DNA from: Amoebophrya sp. A120
Lineage: Eukaryota; Protista; Dinoflagellata
Assembly (NCBI GenBank): GCA_905178155.1
Contig: CAJINV010000002.1
Span: 1,857,216-1,921,215 of the forward strand
Direction of reading: 5' to 3'
Length of the DNA: 64,000 bases
In this document: positions 9,909 to 22,094 of the stretch, piece after piece
How the letters are laid out: the number at the start of each line of letters is the position of its first letter
Position numbering within the stretch: the stretch's first letter is position 1
Translations under genes and position numbers: made by a program
Notes under the pieces: model-generated
What the model saw: only the letters and a program-made list of their open reading frames with translations
The model's database searches: none
Told to the model about the DNA's origin: nothing

Positions 9909-12900
9909 TCAAGACAACTTCTGCAGCGACAGATTTTGCCACTGCGATATCCTGTGCAAAAGTATCGCACTCGTATGGCAATCTTTCATGCATTACAAAT
10001 CTTTTTGTGAAGGACAATCACCATCGCAAATTTTATTTCTCATGCTGAGGAAATTTGTAATGCATTCATACGAGTACGATACTTTTGCACTGCATATGCG
10101 ACAGCCTAAACCCATTCCGATCGGAAATCCCCTCGCGCAGGTTGAACTTGCAACTCAACCGCAGCTGGTCGGTTCGCTCGTAGATCGACGTGCGGCTGGT
10201 TGATATCGTCTTCGTGCTGCAGCTGGTGCTTGAAGATGATTGTTGCTTCATTTCCCTCGATGAGGGTACTACTTCAGTGGTCCCGGACGGCGCAGCAGTA
10301 GAAGTGGCAGAATCGGATAATTTTTCTGTGCTGTTAATATGGTCTGTCTTGATCACTCTTGCGATTGCGTCCAAATCTAGATGCAGGTCCACGTCGTTTT
10401 CCATCAAATTTGCGACGTCCTGCGGTAAGGGATACTTCTGCGGCTCCTCAAAAGCGTGGAAGATGATTGGGCCCTTGATCGACCGGAACCGGACCTCGGT
10501 CTCGAACTCGTAGGTTGTGGTTTTATTGCTGTTTTTATTCATGCTGGTTGTGCTGTTTCCGTCCTCTCCCTGGAGACCTTTAGAGGCGGAACCGGCTCCT
10601 GTAGGTGATGAAGCGGTTTTAATACTTGTGTCTTTTCGGTTTCGTTTGTCTTGTGCTGTCGCCGTGGTACTGGTTTTTTCTGCATCTTCTGCGTTTGTTG
10701 TCGAACTGCTATCAGAAGATGAAGAAGAACTTGCACTTTCCAGGTTTGATGTACTTTTCTCCCCAGTAGCAGCCGCCCCTGCAGCAGTTGCACTATCCGT
10801 CGCCTTTTCTGTGGGGAGGATGGTTGACAGCTTTTTCTTGCCTAGAAAAGTAGTCGGAGGCTCTTTGTTCTGCGGCTCCTCTGTAGAAGATGAATTACTG
10901 GTGTCATTATCGGGCTTCATGTTCTTGTTTCCCGACGAGCTTGTGTCTTCTATCGTTGATTTAAACTCAATCTCAATGGGTCCGAATCGCCAGTGCCAGT
11001 GCTTTGGTTCTGGCGAAGATGAGTTTTTTTCATCTCCACCAGCTGCATCACCTGCCGCTTTGCTCTTGCTTTCTGTCGGATGATCCTTGTTATTTGTAGT
11101 TCCGCTCTGAGACGATGATGAGCTGTCCGCTGAATCTTCATCGGATTTGGTTTCCTTTGTCTTGATGTCGGTTTTATTCGATGCTGAAGATTCTCCAGTC
11201 GTCCCGGGACGAGATGCCGATGAGGAGAACGCCTTTTCCAAAGCTTCTTGCAAGGAAGAGGACCCGCTTCCCAGCCCTCCACCATCCGTGGCACTGTGAT
11301 TTTTATTTCCGAAAAGCGACTGCAACCCACGACCAGAGCTTCGTTTCAAGTAGCTTCCGTCCAAGAAGCCTCCTTCCTTCAGCAGGTACAAATTTTCTTC
11401 AAAAAGCTCGGGAGCGGGGGAAGATGACGAGGCTGCAGTAGTTCTACTTGAGTGGCTGTGGCCGGCGGAGGCGGGAGCAGTAGGAGTAGTAGCCGGGGCT
11501 CCTGTAGTCCCACTAACTTTGTCAACATGCTGGTCAGGCTGGAAAGATGACGCAGATCCTGTTGCACTACTAGAAGAAAACATGGCGTGCTTTTCCATCT
11601 CGGAATTTACCAAATTGTAGATCTCCGTGAAATCCTTCTCGTAGCCTCGTCTCAACAACTCTTTGTAAGCGGTGTTGCAGTGGTTTTCCATCTCTTTCGG
11701 CGCATACCAATTCTCCAAAATCAAGACATCCTGCTCTGGTCGCATCTGCCCCGCGCGGGACTGGAGCCACAAGATGAATTTGATCACATTATACGCAATC
11801 GGCTGGATGGTCTGAAAAAAGGCCTTCATGCGCTGCAGGTTCTCGATTTGGTGCACGGTATCTAAGTACGGGCCGAGCCGTTCGTGGTAGGACGTACTGC
11901 CGTGGGTAAAGTCGTGCACCTGCCACAGTTTGCTGCGCCAGTCGTAGTTTCGGTTGTAGGGGGGTAGTCGAGGCGGGGCCGGCGCGGGGTCATCCTCTTG
12001 TTCACGACATGGGGGTTCTTTTTTCGCGGAGGAATTTTCGTTATTTTTGCTGGAAGAAACAGAAGTTGTTGTCGTATGTGTCGAAGACGAGGGACTTGCA
12101 CTACTTGTACTTCCAGCAGGTGCAGCACAACTTTTTCCGGCTGTAGAAGTTGTGGTTGACGCGGGTCCGACGTCAATGTAGTTGTTGTCCCCTTTATTTT
12201 CAACAGCTTTGTCTACTGCGCCAAAACTGGATGTAGTTATGCTGTCGATTCGCTTGCCGACTTGTTCCTCCGGTGTTTTCTTCATCTTCTGTGCGGTAGA
12301 AGCACTTTCAACATCCCGTTGTTCCTCGGTAGACCACGACACGGCTGTAGTTGCACTGTCTGGTCGCCGCAAACTAGGGTCTGTCCTCGCGGTCGTCGCA
12401 CCAGACGTACCGCCAGAGCTTTCCAACGATTCAGTCGGAGGTCCTCGTGTGCTCGGCGCAGCTGCCACGGAGGATGTGCTCTGTTCGTCCGCACTCTCGG
12501 AGGTCGTTGTTGTAGTAGAACTTTGTTTTATTTCTGCACCGTCTCCTGCTTTGATTCCAGCTCGACTAATATCTGCAACTCTTCCTGTTGCCCCATCCAC
12601 TACAGAGGTGGACTTTATCCCGTTTGCAATTGCAGCGCTGAAAACCATCCTACTGTGGTCAGCCGATAATTCCTTCTTCGCAGGTGCAGCTCCTGCGCCA
12701 GCAGTCGTCCGCTGCGCCGCGTCCTCTGGTACTACTGGCACCGCCTTGTTGTTCACACTCGCGGAGGACTCCTTGCTTCCAGTCGCGGAAGTTGTACTAA
12801 CAGGTGGTCGTGGTGGAGAAGCACCACTTCTAACAACTGCGTCCTCTCCTGTGGAGAGACTTTCACTGCGCGAAGATGCCGTGTGACTCGCTGCTTTCTT

Positions 12901-13317
12901 CCCGATATTAGCTGCTGCAGATGTAGTAGTACTTCTTAGATTGTCTGTATTTTCTAGTACCGGTGGCGGCGGTGGAGCGACAGCAGCAGACGCTTTTCCT
13001 TTGTTACGAGGACCAGTGTTCGGCCGTGATGTAGTGCTGGGCGTCGTAGAAGACGACGCAAAGGCTCGGCTGGTAGTGTAGTCAAAGAACGTGCGCGCCG
13101 CCGCTCCTTGTTGTAAATGACAAGCACGTAGTTCTAATTGACGCGCCCCATAGGAACATGCAGCAATACAACCTGACCTAAATGATCGTGGTAAACAAGC
13201 ATCCCCAAGCCGGTCCTGTATTTTTCCGCGACATGAAGATGAAGCCGCAGTCTTGGGGCGTCGTCGCAGCACGCCGAGCTGAACAGCCCTCTGCAACGAA
13301 CCGAATGTTCTCCGCAT
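9909..13317 (-). CDS. Large low-complexity protein, possibly mitochondrion-targeted; function unknown
   Basis: 1083-aa ORF with an Arg/Ser-rich basic N-terminus; removing introner 9948-10096 gives ...NGFRLS|QWQNLSLQKLS* with stop at 9909-9911. Confidence 0.75.
9948..10096. mobile_element. Introner family A
   Basis: TATCCTGTGCAAAAGTATCGCACTCGTA ... TACGAGTACGATACTTTTGCACTGCATA; direct repeat TGCGA. Confidence 0.95.
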
Positions 13318-14459
13318 TTTTGTTCACATATATCTTTGTCTAGTGCCAACACTTATGGTTATGTCATCACGTCTTGGTATTCTTGTGCAGAAGAAGAAGC
13401 GATGTTGAAAGCGAATGTTCCCGAGGATGGAAACTACGACCGAAAATACACATAAACGAATTCAAAGCTGGGACTTTTACGTATTCAGCACACGACTTCT
13501 ACTATTGGAGAAACTACACGTAGCTAGTCCTGGAGAGAATATTGAAAACTGCTACCTTGACAAAGGTTCTGCTTCTGAAAATTTCATCACGACAGGAAGG
13601 TGCGCTTCTGCGTCGCAAAAAAAAGTATTGATCGGCAAGCAGTACACATCACCATTGCAGCGTACTGGTTTTTGTCACGCCGGACCGAAAAATCGTTCGA
13701 GTCCTTCTATTGCGACACTAATACTCATTTTCGCAAATTATCGCTGACAAGCTCTAGAAGTCGATCTTCTATTTCATCAATAGCGCTTCTTTGGCAGGAG
13801 GTGGGTCGGCGTGACATCTTTGGTCGTGGTTCATATTCATGATGGAACACTCCTCGCGCAAAAAAATCTCGGCGGTTTTGATAGCGTTGTTTGCAATAGT
13901 TTCAGAAGTTCATCATACAAGGAAAAGCTGAAGTAATAGCCCAAAATACGGCCATCAAAAGAGTACCAGAACCAATTGTACAAGAGAAGCAACATATTGC
14001 TTTGTTCATTGTGTTCAATGATATTGACCCAGCAGCAACAATAAGTGCTAATGCCGAATAAGCGGTCTTTCGTGTAGAAACTTTTATAATTTTCGGTAAT
14101 CTCAATCTCCAAATGCTCTTGCGTGTTTCTGCATGTTCGAAAACAGAAACAATAGGACCAGAAAGCGCTTCACGGTTTAAAAAGTTGATCTTCATGTTCT
14201 TACTGTGCTGTCGCCCACTACAGATAGAAAATTGTCATGCATAAGAACTGCCAAGACTTGGAGATTTGCATGGCAGTACATGAAACATTTCCTGCACAGT
14301 CGTCGGCGAGACTTTGCAGAAAATGCTGAAGTCCGAGAATCCACTACTTGTGCCTACTTCATCTCGTCCACCAGTGTTCAAGAAGAATAACTCATCGCAA
14401 GCAGCTTAGTCGGCACTTCTGTTTTCTTCAAAAATAGCGCAGCGCATCAAGCTTATTCG

Positions 14460-15245
14460 TTAGTGATTTCGCGGCAAGAATTCCGCGACCATCCTGGCTT
14501 GCGCTGGCGGAAGTTCTCTGAGCACCTCCTCCGCAGTGATCTCTTGATCTTGTTCCGAATTCTGGCTCCCTTGCTGCGGCTGCGGCTGGAGGTCGGCTTC
14601 GGCTTGGTCTTGCGGCGCGTTTGCGGTCGTGGAAGTGGCCGGTGCGGTGTGTCGGTCGTCAAAAGTAGGAACATTTTCACCCATGATCTCCCGCTGCTCG
14701 TCCGCATCATAATGTTCTTGTTCATCCAGCGTGCTCGTCGTCTTCCGGGGCTTTTTAGCAGCAGAAGAAGAACTTGAACCATCCTCGTTGTTGTAGCGCT
14801 TTCTTTTCTTGCACGGCATTTGCAAAAATTGCAGCGTATTCAACCCCGACGCCATCGTCTCTTGCAACCGCTGGCCAAGCCCGCGCTGAGACGAGGCAGA
14901 GGCATCATCAACAGGCCGAGAGGAGGATGAAGACCCGGAGGACGACGATCCGAGAACCCCTGGTGCATGTGCATCCACGCCCGCATCGATAGTTGTACTT
15001 CGTTGTCGCCCGTTAGAAGGAGTACCACGGTCCTCCGCTGTACTAACTAGATATCCACTGCTCGCCGTGGCAGTAACAATCAGCTCGTTGATAAAAAAAG
15101 TACTGGAGCCGAAATGGTAAAAAATCGGTCCTATTAACAGGTGGACCATCAAGGCGCAGGCAGCGCGCATGTTCTTGGTCTTGTTCCCAACGCCCTTGTT
15201 TGGTCGAACGATGGTGCTCGTTTTATTACCTCCACCTGGCGTCAT
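14460..15245 (-). CDS. Truncated, introner-free paralog of the 16656-19486 gene (possible pseudogene)
   Basis: Shares NKTKN, GPIFY, MASG, QMPCKKRKRY, AAKKPR and EITA; stops at PRNH* where the paralog continues. Confidence 0.6.
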   Translation of the reverse strand: MTPGGGNKTSTIVRPNKGVGNKTKNMRAACALMVHLLIGPIFYHFGSSTFFINELIVTATASSGYLVSTAEDRGTPSNGRQRSTTIDAGVDAHAPGVLGSSSSGSSSSSRPVDDASASSQRGLGQRLQETMASGLNTLQFLQMPCKKRKRYNNEDGSSSSSAAKKPRKTTSTLDEQEHYDADEQREIMGENVPTFDDRHTAPATSTTANAPQDQAEADLQPQPQQGSQNSEQDQEITAEEVLRELPPAQARMVAEFLPRNH

Positions 15246-16655
15246 GGTGCTACCTTTGTTCTGTCGTGGTCGAAACGGAGTGGCGTAATTTTTTAATTTC
15301 AAGATGTTGGTAAATTTGATTCGGTACTGGGAACGTGATTTGAGCAAACGTGGAAGAATAGATACTACTCCGTAAATTTCTTACTTACGCACTCAGGTAT
15401 AGTTGCGCATTTCTTAATGTCCACAGAAGGACTTTTAGGATCAGCAATGAAGAAGCCTCTGTTCTTGAGTAGATGAGCGTAGTAGTAGATTTGTGAATTC
15501 GTTTCCTACGGTCAGTTGTGCGTTCCCTAGTTTCTCGTGCACCGCGCTCACATGATCAAACTGACCGGGGATCTTTTTCTTCTTGCGAAGGAAATACGTA
15601 GGTCAACATCCGATCACTTTTACAAAAACTACACATTTTTTTCGTTCACTAAAGTACTAGCACTTATGGCCTTGATCTTTTTCTGCTACGTAAATTTCTA
15701 TTATGGGCAGGTGCTGCATTCTCTTCCGCTGCAGCTAAATGCGTGAAGTGCTTGCTATTTTACACGAGCAAAATGTAGTAGTGCGTGCCACGCGCATTTT
15801 CATTTGACCACTATCTCCACTGATTTCCCGCTTCGTCACCATGTTCAGCACCAGCTTGCAAGCATCAGGAGCCCAACACCAGAACTCAAGAACTTGGTCC
15901 TGCTTCGTCCACACGCACACGGCTAATGCACACGCACTTTGTTTTTCTGATTTGCAACTTCATCCTTGATTGCAACTGTGTTCCTTTCTTCTTAGCAGTA
16001 GTTTGCTCCTCGTCCTGCAGCTGTATTCTTTGTGGCCAACAAGTCAAAACTGTAGGCGCAAAAACGTCTTTTTATACCGGGAATGTGTTCTATACTTCAA
16101 ATTCAATACGTAGAGCTTCACGGCGCGGGAGTTCGAGTTGTTCTTCACTTGAGACACATGCATATGGAAAACGAAAAGCAAAAGTTCCGCATCGAAAAGT
16201 ACATAATACCTCCTGCTCCTCGCGACAGAGCCGCTGCGTAAAGTTAATACTGGGAATATGTTCTTTTAGAGAAAATAAAGTTCAAGTTCTTGAGTGTATA
16301 TATCTCTTCGACTTCGACTGCTAAAGCCTGTGAAATGAATAATACATAGGAATAGGATAGTAGTAGTTCATCTTACAACGTTCATCGTACAAAGTATATA
16401 TGATTATTATGCAGTACAGCTACAGGAGCTCCTGCACCACGACCAGAAGCACTAAATCTCCTGCTGTGGTCCTCGTCGGCGACAATGTGCAACGATTGCT
16501 GAAGCCCGAGGACCCCCTATCTCTCGTCTAGGTAGCAGGTTCAAAAGCAAATGATCAGCGCAGGCTTACACGTCGACACTCTACTACGTACTATTATTTT
16601 TGGTGTTACTTGTTACAGTACTTAAATTTTTGGTGTTGCCTAGTACGACGAGACC

Positions 16656-19486
16656 TCAAAGGATTCCAGCATCCACGAGTTCTTCCGGGCGCTCAAGCTC
16701 GCCTGTGTGGGCATAATCTTCCACAATCTCCGTTCCGTATCCGTCGGCATATATCTCATATCCGTACTGCTCCAGAGGGCGCAGCACCTGCACGCGCACA
16801 CGCTGCTCCGCCTCGGGTCCCAACTCCAGCACCCATGGGTGAGCTACGTCCTCTTCAGGGTCGTAATAGATTCGCATGTCCCGCCGCGGTGCAGTCGTGA
16901 CGTTTTCCTCGCGGAAACGGCATTTGAAGGACAGCCAATTTTTCGTGGCGCAATCAAATACGACACGGCATTTGTACTCCGCCGGCAGCCATTGCCTCGC
17001 AACCTCATCGGGCGTAGGGTGCCCCGGCCTGCCGAGCACGCGGCGTAGGTCCGCGTCCCACTGGATTTGGAACGCGTCTCGAGTTTCGGCCTTCCAAACC
17101 TTGTCCTCTTCGAGTGTGTATGAAATGCAAATGTGTCTGGGTCCTCTGGATAGTGATGCGCATTTCACAACACAGACCGATCTCTCGTCGATGGCAGCAA
17201 AAGAAGATGTCCATTTCCTGTCACCAAAGCGAGGGATTTGTCATGCGGATTTTTAAGCAAGGCGGAAGCTTGTCGAAATCTGTGATGCTAGGGCTACTTC
17301 CATGACAGCCATTCTGTATCATGCAAAAACAGCATGACAAAAATCTGCACTCATCTTCCAGACCCAGACATATTTGCATTTCCTAGTATGCGCTCGGGGT
17401 CGTGCCGGAGCCGGAGGTAACAGCGCGTGATCCAACTCAATGCTATGCCTCGTGACCCGTTTGCATTCCGCTTCAGCGTCTTGCTATAATTTTCATCAAG
17501 TGTGGTGGCCCCGACAGCAGGTGGCACAGCACGGCCTCCTGCTCGGTGCTGCAAGGGCCACACCTTTTCGAACTGAATCTCAGATATCGGCGAACGTGCA
17601 CGGTGCTCGTGATCCTCAAGAATCCGCCACGAGGCTATATGGTCCCTGACGGCCTCCTGGTGGTTATGACGCAGAACCCTTCGTCTGAGAGGATCTTCGA
17701 CCAGGACGATTCGCTGCTTCGTAAACCCGAGGGCGTTCGGCGGCGCGGCCATCTCGCGTGTGTATTGCGCACGGGCTGCTGGTGCATTGTCGAGCCTCGG
17801 CCTTTGGGTAAGAGGAATCGACTCAAGAAGCCGCGTCAGCTCCCTCGACGGCGACTTCATACCGGGTTCCCGCTTTTTGATGGGGAAGTCCCGGTAGATG
17901 CGCGAAAAATTATCGACCCCGTTGCGCATCAACGTGGAGAGCGCGCCGACCAGTTTAGTATTTTGCCGGCTTCGAAGCTCTCCGACGAACTTTGCGAACT
18001 GGCTGTCGGTCATATTCGCCGCGGACCTGCACATATCCTCGCGCCACCACTGCTGTCGCCCGAGCAAGTGCAAAAACCACTGCAGGGCACGGATGTGGCG
18101 TATGGCGTTCTCAACTGTTAAGGACATTCGAAACTGTTGCGTGAATTTGTGATGCAAGAATGGCAAAAGTGATAGGAGAGATCTTGCGCGTCTTGCATGA
18201 CAGATTTGGCACCGATCATCAGCCTGTTTGGCCCTCTGAGAATTTGTCACGCAAAGCAGCCTGATGGTGTAGATTCTGAAGGCAATTTTGCATGACAAAA
18301 GCAAAACACGTAACAGTTGAGAATATAAAACGTTTGAGAACGCCATATGGCGGGGGGGCGGAGGCACGAAGTCCGCGATCATCTGCGGGATTCTGTCGGG
18401 AAATGCCGAGCGCAGCACGTCGGCTATCCTGAGTAATAAAAACGTGGTGTCTACTACGCGAACCCATAGTTTTTGTCAAGTAGATTGCTGGCATGATCCT
18501 GTATCTGTACTAGTGCACATCCATATAAAGACGAATTTGTAGCCGCATTCTGGGAAGATTTGATTTGTCATGCCGTATGGAAATAGGACCAGAAGCAGGC
18601 GCCTTTGTCTTTGTGAAGACGCGGCTCTGCTTGCTAAGCAGCACTACACTGCAGATACAAAAGCTTGTTAATATGCATAACTGCCAAATAAATATATTCA
18701 GAGATTTGTCTTGCCCTGTTACCAACAACCTGACAACTATGGGGTGGAGAAGTTTTCATCACACAGGTGGATATCGGCGGTGATTTCTGCTCCACCGACT
18801 TCTTCCGAAGTCCGGTTCATCATCCCTTGCTGTGGCGTTGTTTCGGCCTCGGCGGACTTGTCTTGGACGTTGCCGGAGGATGCTGTGCTGCCGCGGGGGC
18901 TGCTCCCACGACCGCCTCCTTCTGGCAACATCACCTTCACCTCTTTCTGTTCCGGATGCTGTAGTTCTTGTTCCAGCGTGCTCGCCCTATTGCGGTTCCG
19001 GGGCTTTTTAGCAGCAGGAGGTCCTCCAGCGAAAGGAGAACTATCCTCGTAGCGCTTCCTTTTCTTGCACGGCATTTGCAACTGCAGGCTGTTCCACCCC
19101 GACGCCATGGTCTGTTGCAACCGCAGGCCAAGCCCACGCTGTTGAGACGAGGAGGCATCAATAGGACCACGGGATGAAGATGACCCGGACGAGGTGGATC
19201 CAAGAACTACCCTATCCACGCCCGCATCGCTAGTAGTTTGTTCCCGCTTAGTAGTAGTGCCACGGTCCTCCGCTGTAAGTAGACCTCCGCTCGCCGCGGC
19301 AGGCAGAATCAAGTCGTGAAGAAAAAAAGCACTAGAGCAGAACTGGTAAAAAATCGGTCCTGCAAAAACCACGTGGAGCAAGGCGCGAACAGCGCGCCGC
19401 GTGTTCTTGGTCTTGTTGTTCCCCACGAGGAGGGCCTCCTTTGGTCCAAAGGTAGTGCTTGTTCTAGTACCTCCAGACGTGGTCAT
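16656..19486 (-). CDS. Hypothetical protein with hydrophobic N-terminal segment and NLS-like CKKRKR; 4 exons
   Basis: Removing 18425-18773, 18101-18347 and 17119-17385 gives in-frame joins EITAD|VLRSAF, PPPRH|IRALQW and HDPERI|LEEDKVW. Confidence 0.8.
17119..17385. mobile_element. Introner family B
   Basis: TATGAAATGCAAATGTGTCTGGGTC ... GACCCAGACATATTTGCATTTCCTA; direct repeat GTGTG/GTATG. Confidence 0.85.
18101..18347. mobile_element. Introner family C
   Basis: TATGGCGTTCTCAA ... TTGAGAACGCCATA; direct repeat TGGCG. Confidence 0.95.
18425..18773. mobile_element. Introner family F, degenerate
   Basis: Starts TATCCTGAGTAATAAAAACGT, ends ...GGATA; direct repeat TCGGC; removal restores the frame. 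Confidence 0.75.
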
Positions 19487-20289
19487 GGTCTTACGTTTTT
19501 GTCGTAATCAAAAACGTGATGGAATATAGTAATTTTTCAATTTCAAGTAGATATAAATGTTGTTAAATTTGATTTGGTAGAAAAGCGTGATTTGAGAAAA
19601 ATACGTGAATAAATATTGTTAACAATGCCCACAGAGGCATCAACAATGAAGAAGCCTCTGAGATGGTTCTTGTAGGCTTGTGATTATGTGCGTTTTATTA
19701 AACTCATTTCCTATGTCGATCCGTTTTTGGTCTTTCTACTTGTGCCACTCTCGTAACTCTCACACGAAGATCAAACTGACCGGAGATCATCTGCTTCTTC
19801 TTCTTGCGAAGGAAATACGGGGATCGCAGATCAGGATCAACCACACATGAATGTAAATGGAACTCGTTATCTTCAATTTAGGTCGGTACACAAGTAGTCG
19901 AGCGATGATTCATAGGAAATGGTCGATCTTCTTGATGCAGTAGTTGATCAAAGCTCTGTAATGGATCACTATCCTGACACCGCAATGCGCTTGAAATACG
20001 CTTGCAGCTTGCTAAGAAAACAAAGGACCTCGTTGTGTAGTGTGTCTTTTTCCGTCTCTTTGTGCCAGAGCAGCTCGTGTGCGTGTTCGGCTAAGACAAG
20101 ATCATATATGAAGTACTTCATCTTTACATACGGAGGTTCTTTGCAAGCGGTCGTTCTTCAGTCTGACCACAAACATAATCGAGCCACAGTCAGTGAATTA
20201 TAGCAGTGCTCGGCCAGCAAGTCCCGGCGTGACAACGATGAACTTTAACCAGCGTAGCTGGAGGTGGTCGTGGTGCTCACTACAACAGC

Positions 20290-21379
20290 ACACTAGGCTT
20301 CATACGTAAATTCCTTTTCCGCTTCCCTGGTTTCATTCAAAAGTTTCCGTGCACACATCACGTCCATTATGACAGTGCACAACTACTCCCCCCCTCATTT
20401 GTCATGCAAAACACGCAGCCCACCCTTCTCCTCTTAGTGGCACTGTGTGCATGACAAGTTCTGGCACTAGCCCAAATAGCACTACACTCGTCCAGGTCCA
20501 GCGCAAATTTGTCATGCAAAACTGGCATTCTTGCTAGTGCTTGTATTGCCGTCTATGCTATTATACAAATGAGGGGTAGCAGGGGGAGTTGTGCACTGTC
20601 ATATCCATCATGGTCGCCCGGAACTGGATTATCGTCGAGCAGACGGTCCTGTTGTGACTTTTTTTCATTGTTTATGTCTGCTGCACAACTACGCATGAGA
20701 AACTACATACAGGATCGCAGAACTGCATGACAAATTAGATTTTTCATCTAGAAAAACGAAAACTATACAATGCAACCGTCGTCCCTGTGAGCAATTTCGC
20801 CTCGAACAGGCCGATTTTCGACCCGATATCCTTCGTCTCATGAAAACCCATTTCGGGAATGTCCTCCACATCTACCCCCTCCGGCTCCCATTCGTAGGAA
20901 GTTGGAAGCGATTTTTTAGTAGTTGCTGGTTTTGCGAGCGAAAACTTGAAGGAGTTATTCTTATTGTCAAAATGCTGGTGACCAAGGCCACCGGCACGCG
21001 GCTGTGAAGGTTGTGAACCTGTGGACAATAAAAACGACGCCCGATTTTCCGATCTTCCTTCTTGATGTGCTATGCCTGCTGTTAATGGCCCCGTAGAAGT
21101 ACTAGCAGACGAAAAACGAAAAGTATCATCGTCTTCCTGGTGAAAGTTGGAGCTCGTTGTGTGCAAGAGCTGGTGTCCCTCTCTCGAGTAGTGGACGTGC
21201 TGTGAGGAAGAAGAGAAGTTGCTTGCTTTCGGTATAATTTTTGATGTCAACGTGGTTTGTCCTGCACCGGAATAATCCGCTTGCGCAACAGCACCGAACG
21301 CGGTTTGATGAAAAAGCGTCCCTGGAGTCTCCATCTCGTGCTGGTCGTGCTGGAGGAAAAAATGGGAGAGGAGGCCCAT
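20290..21379 (-). pseudogene. Possible protein-kinase-like gene remnant
   Basis: DIGSKIGLFEAKLLTGTTVALY resembles kinase subdomains I-II; after a decayed introner-motif stretch (about 20345-20765) comes KLLNETREAEKEFTYEA* (alphaC-like), then stops. Confidence 0.3.
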
Positions 21380-22094
21380 TTTTGAAGCGAATTTTGCAAT
21401 ACAAATTATACGTATATTACGAAATCTCGAGTCAAAGGGAGGTAAAAGTCAAATTCTAGAATGGTCTCGTACTTCTCAGGGTGTTGACGACGTCGCAAAA
21501 TGTTCGCTCACTCTTCTGCGGGTACTAGCGGACTATTGTTCCTTTGAGCAGCTAGCGATCCTTGAATTTTTTGCTCATTGTAAAAGTGCGACGTCGCTAG
21601 TGCACCACACAAAGACGGCGCTTATACAAGTTGTTAGTAGGTCTAGGTGCTGTCACGATGTAGAAGTTCTTACGATTGAAACGAAATGAAAGAGCACAAG
21701 AAACGAAGATCGACTTTCAGAACGACACGACAGCGATCATATCGAGTAGTATGATTCGACGATGTATCTACTTGTTCCCTCCAACATTTAAAACTGGATT
21801 CTGAAACAGGCGATCTGCAAACAATTCCAAACGATGAAAATAACGAGTCTTGTAAGCATTATCCTGTCGAAAAGAACTACGCGAGCAACATTTTCGGTGG
21901 AACATCAGCTGCACATGATTGTACAACTTCTAGTTCATCCACCCAGCAGATGCAGAAGCACACATGGGAGTTTTCATTGAATTGGCATGGATGTTGTCCA
22001 CGTGATATTTGGAAAAAACAAACTTCTGCACCAACTACTCCCTTGCTACGCAACTTGGTACGCTTTATATTCAGCACTTCTTGTTCATCTTCTA

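Noticed and set aside
10190-12886. Long plus-strand ORFs here and opposite other genes
   Set aside because: Antisense shadows of low-complexity minus-strand CDSs.
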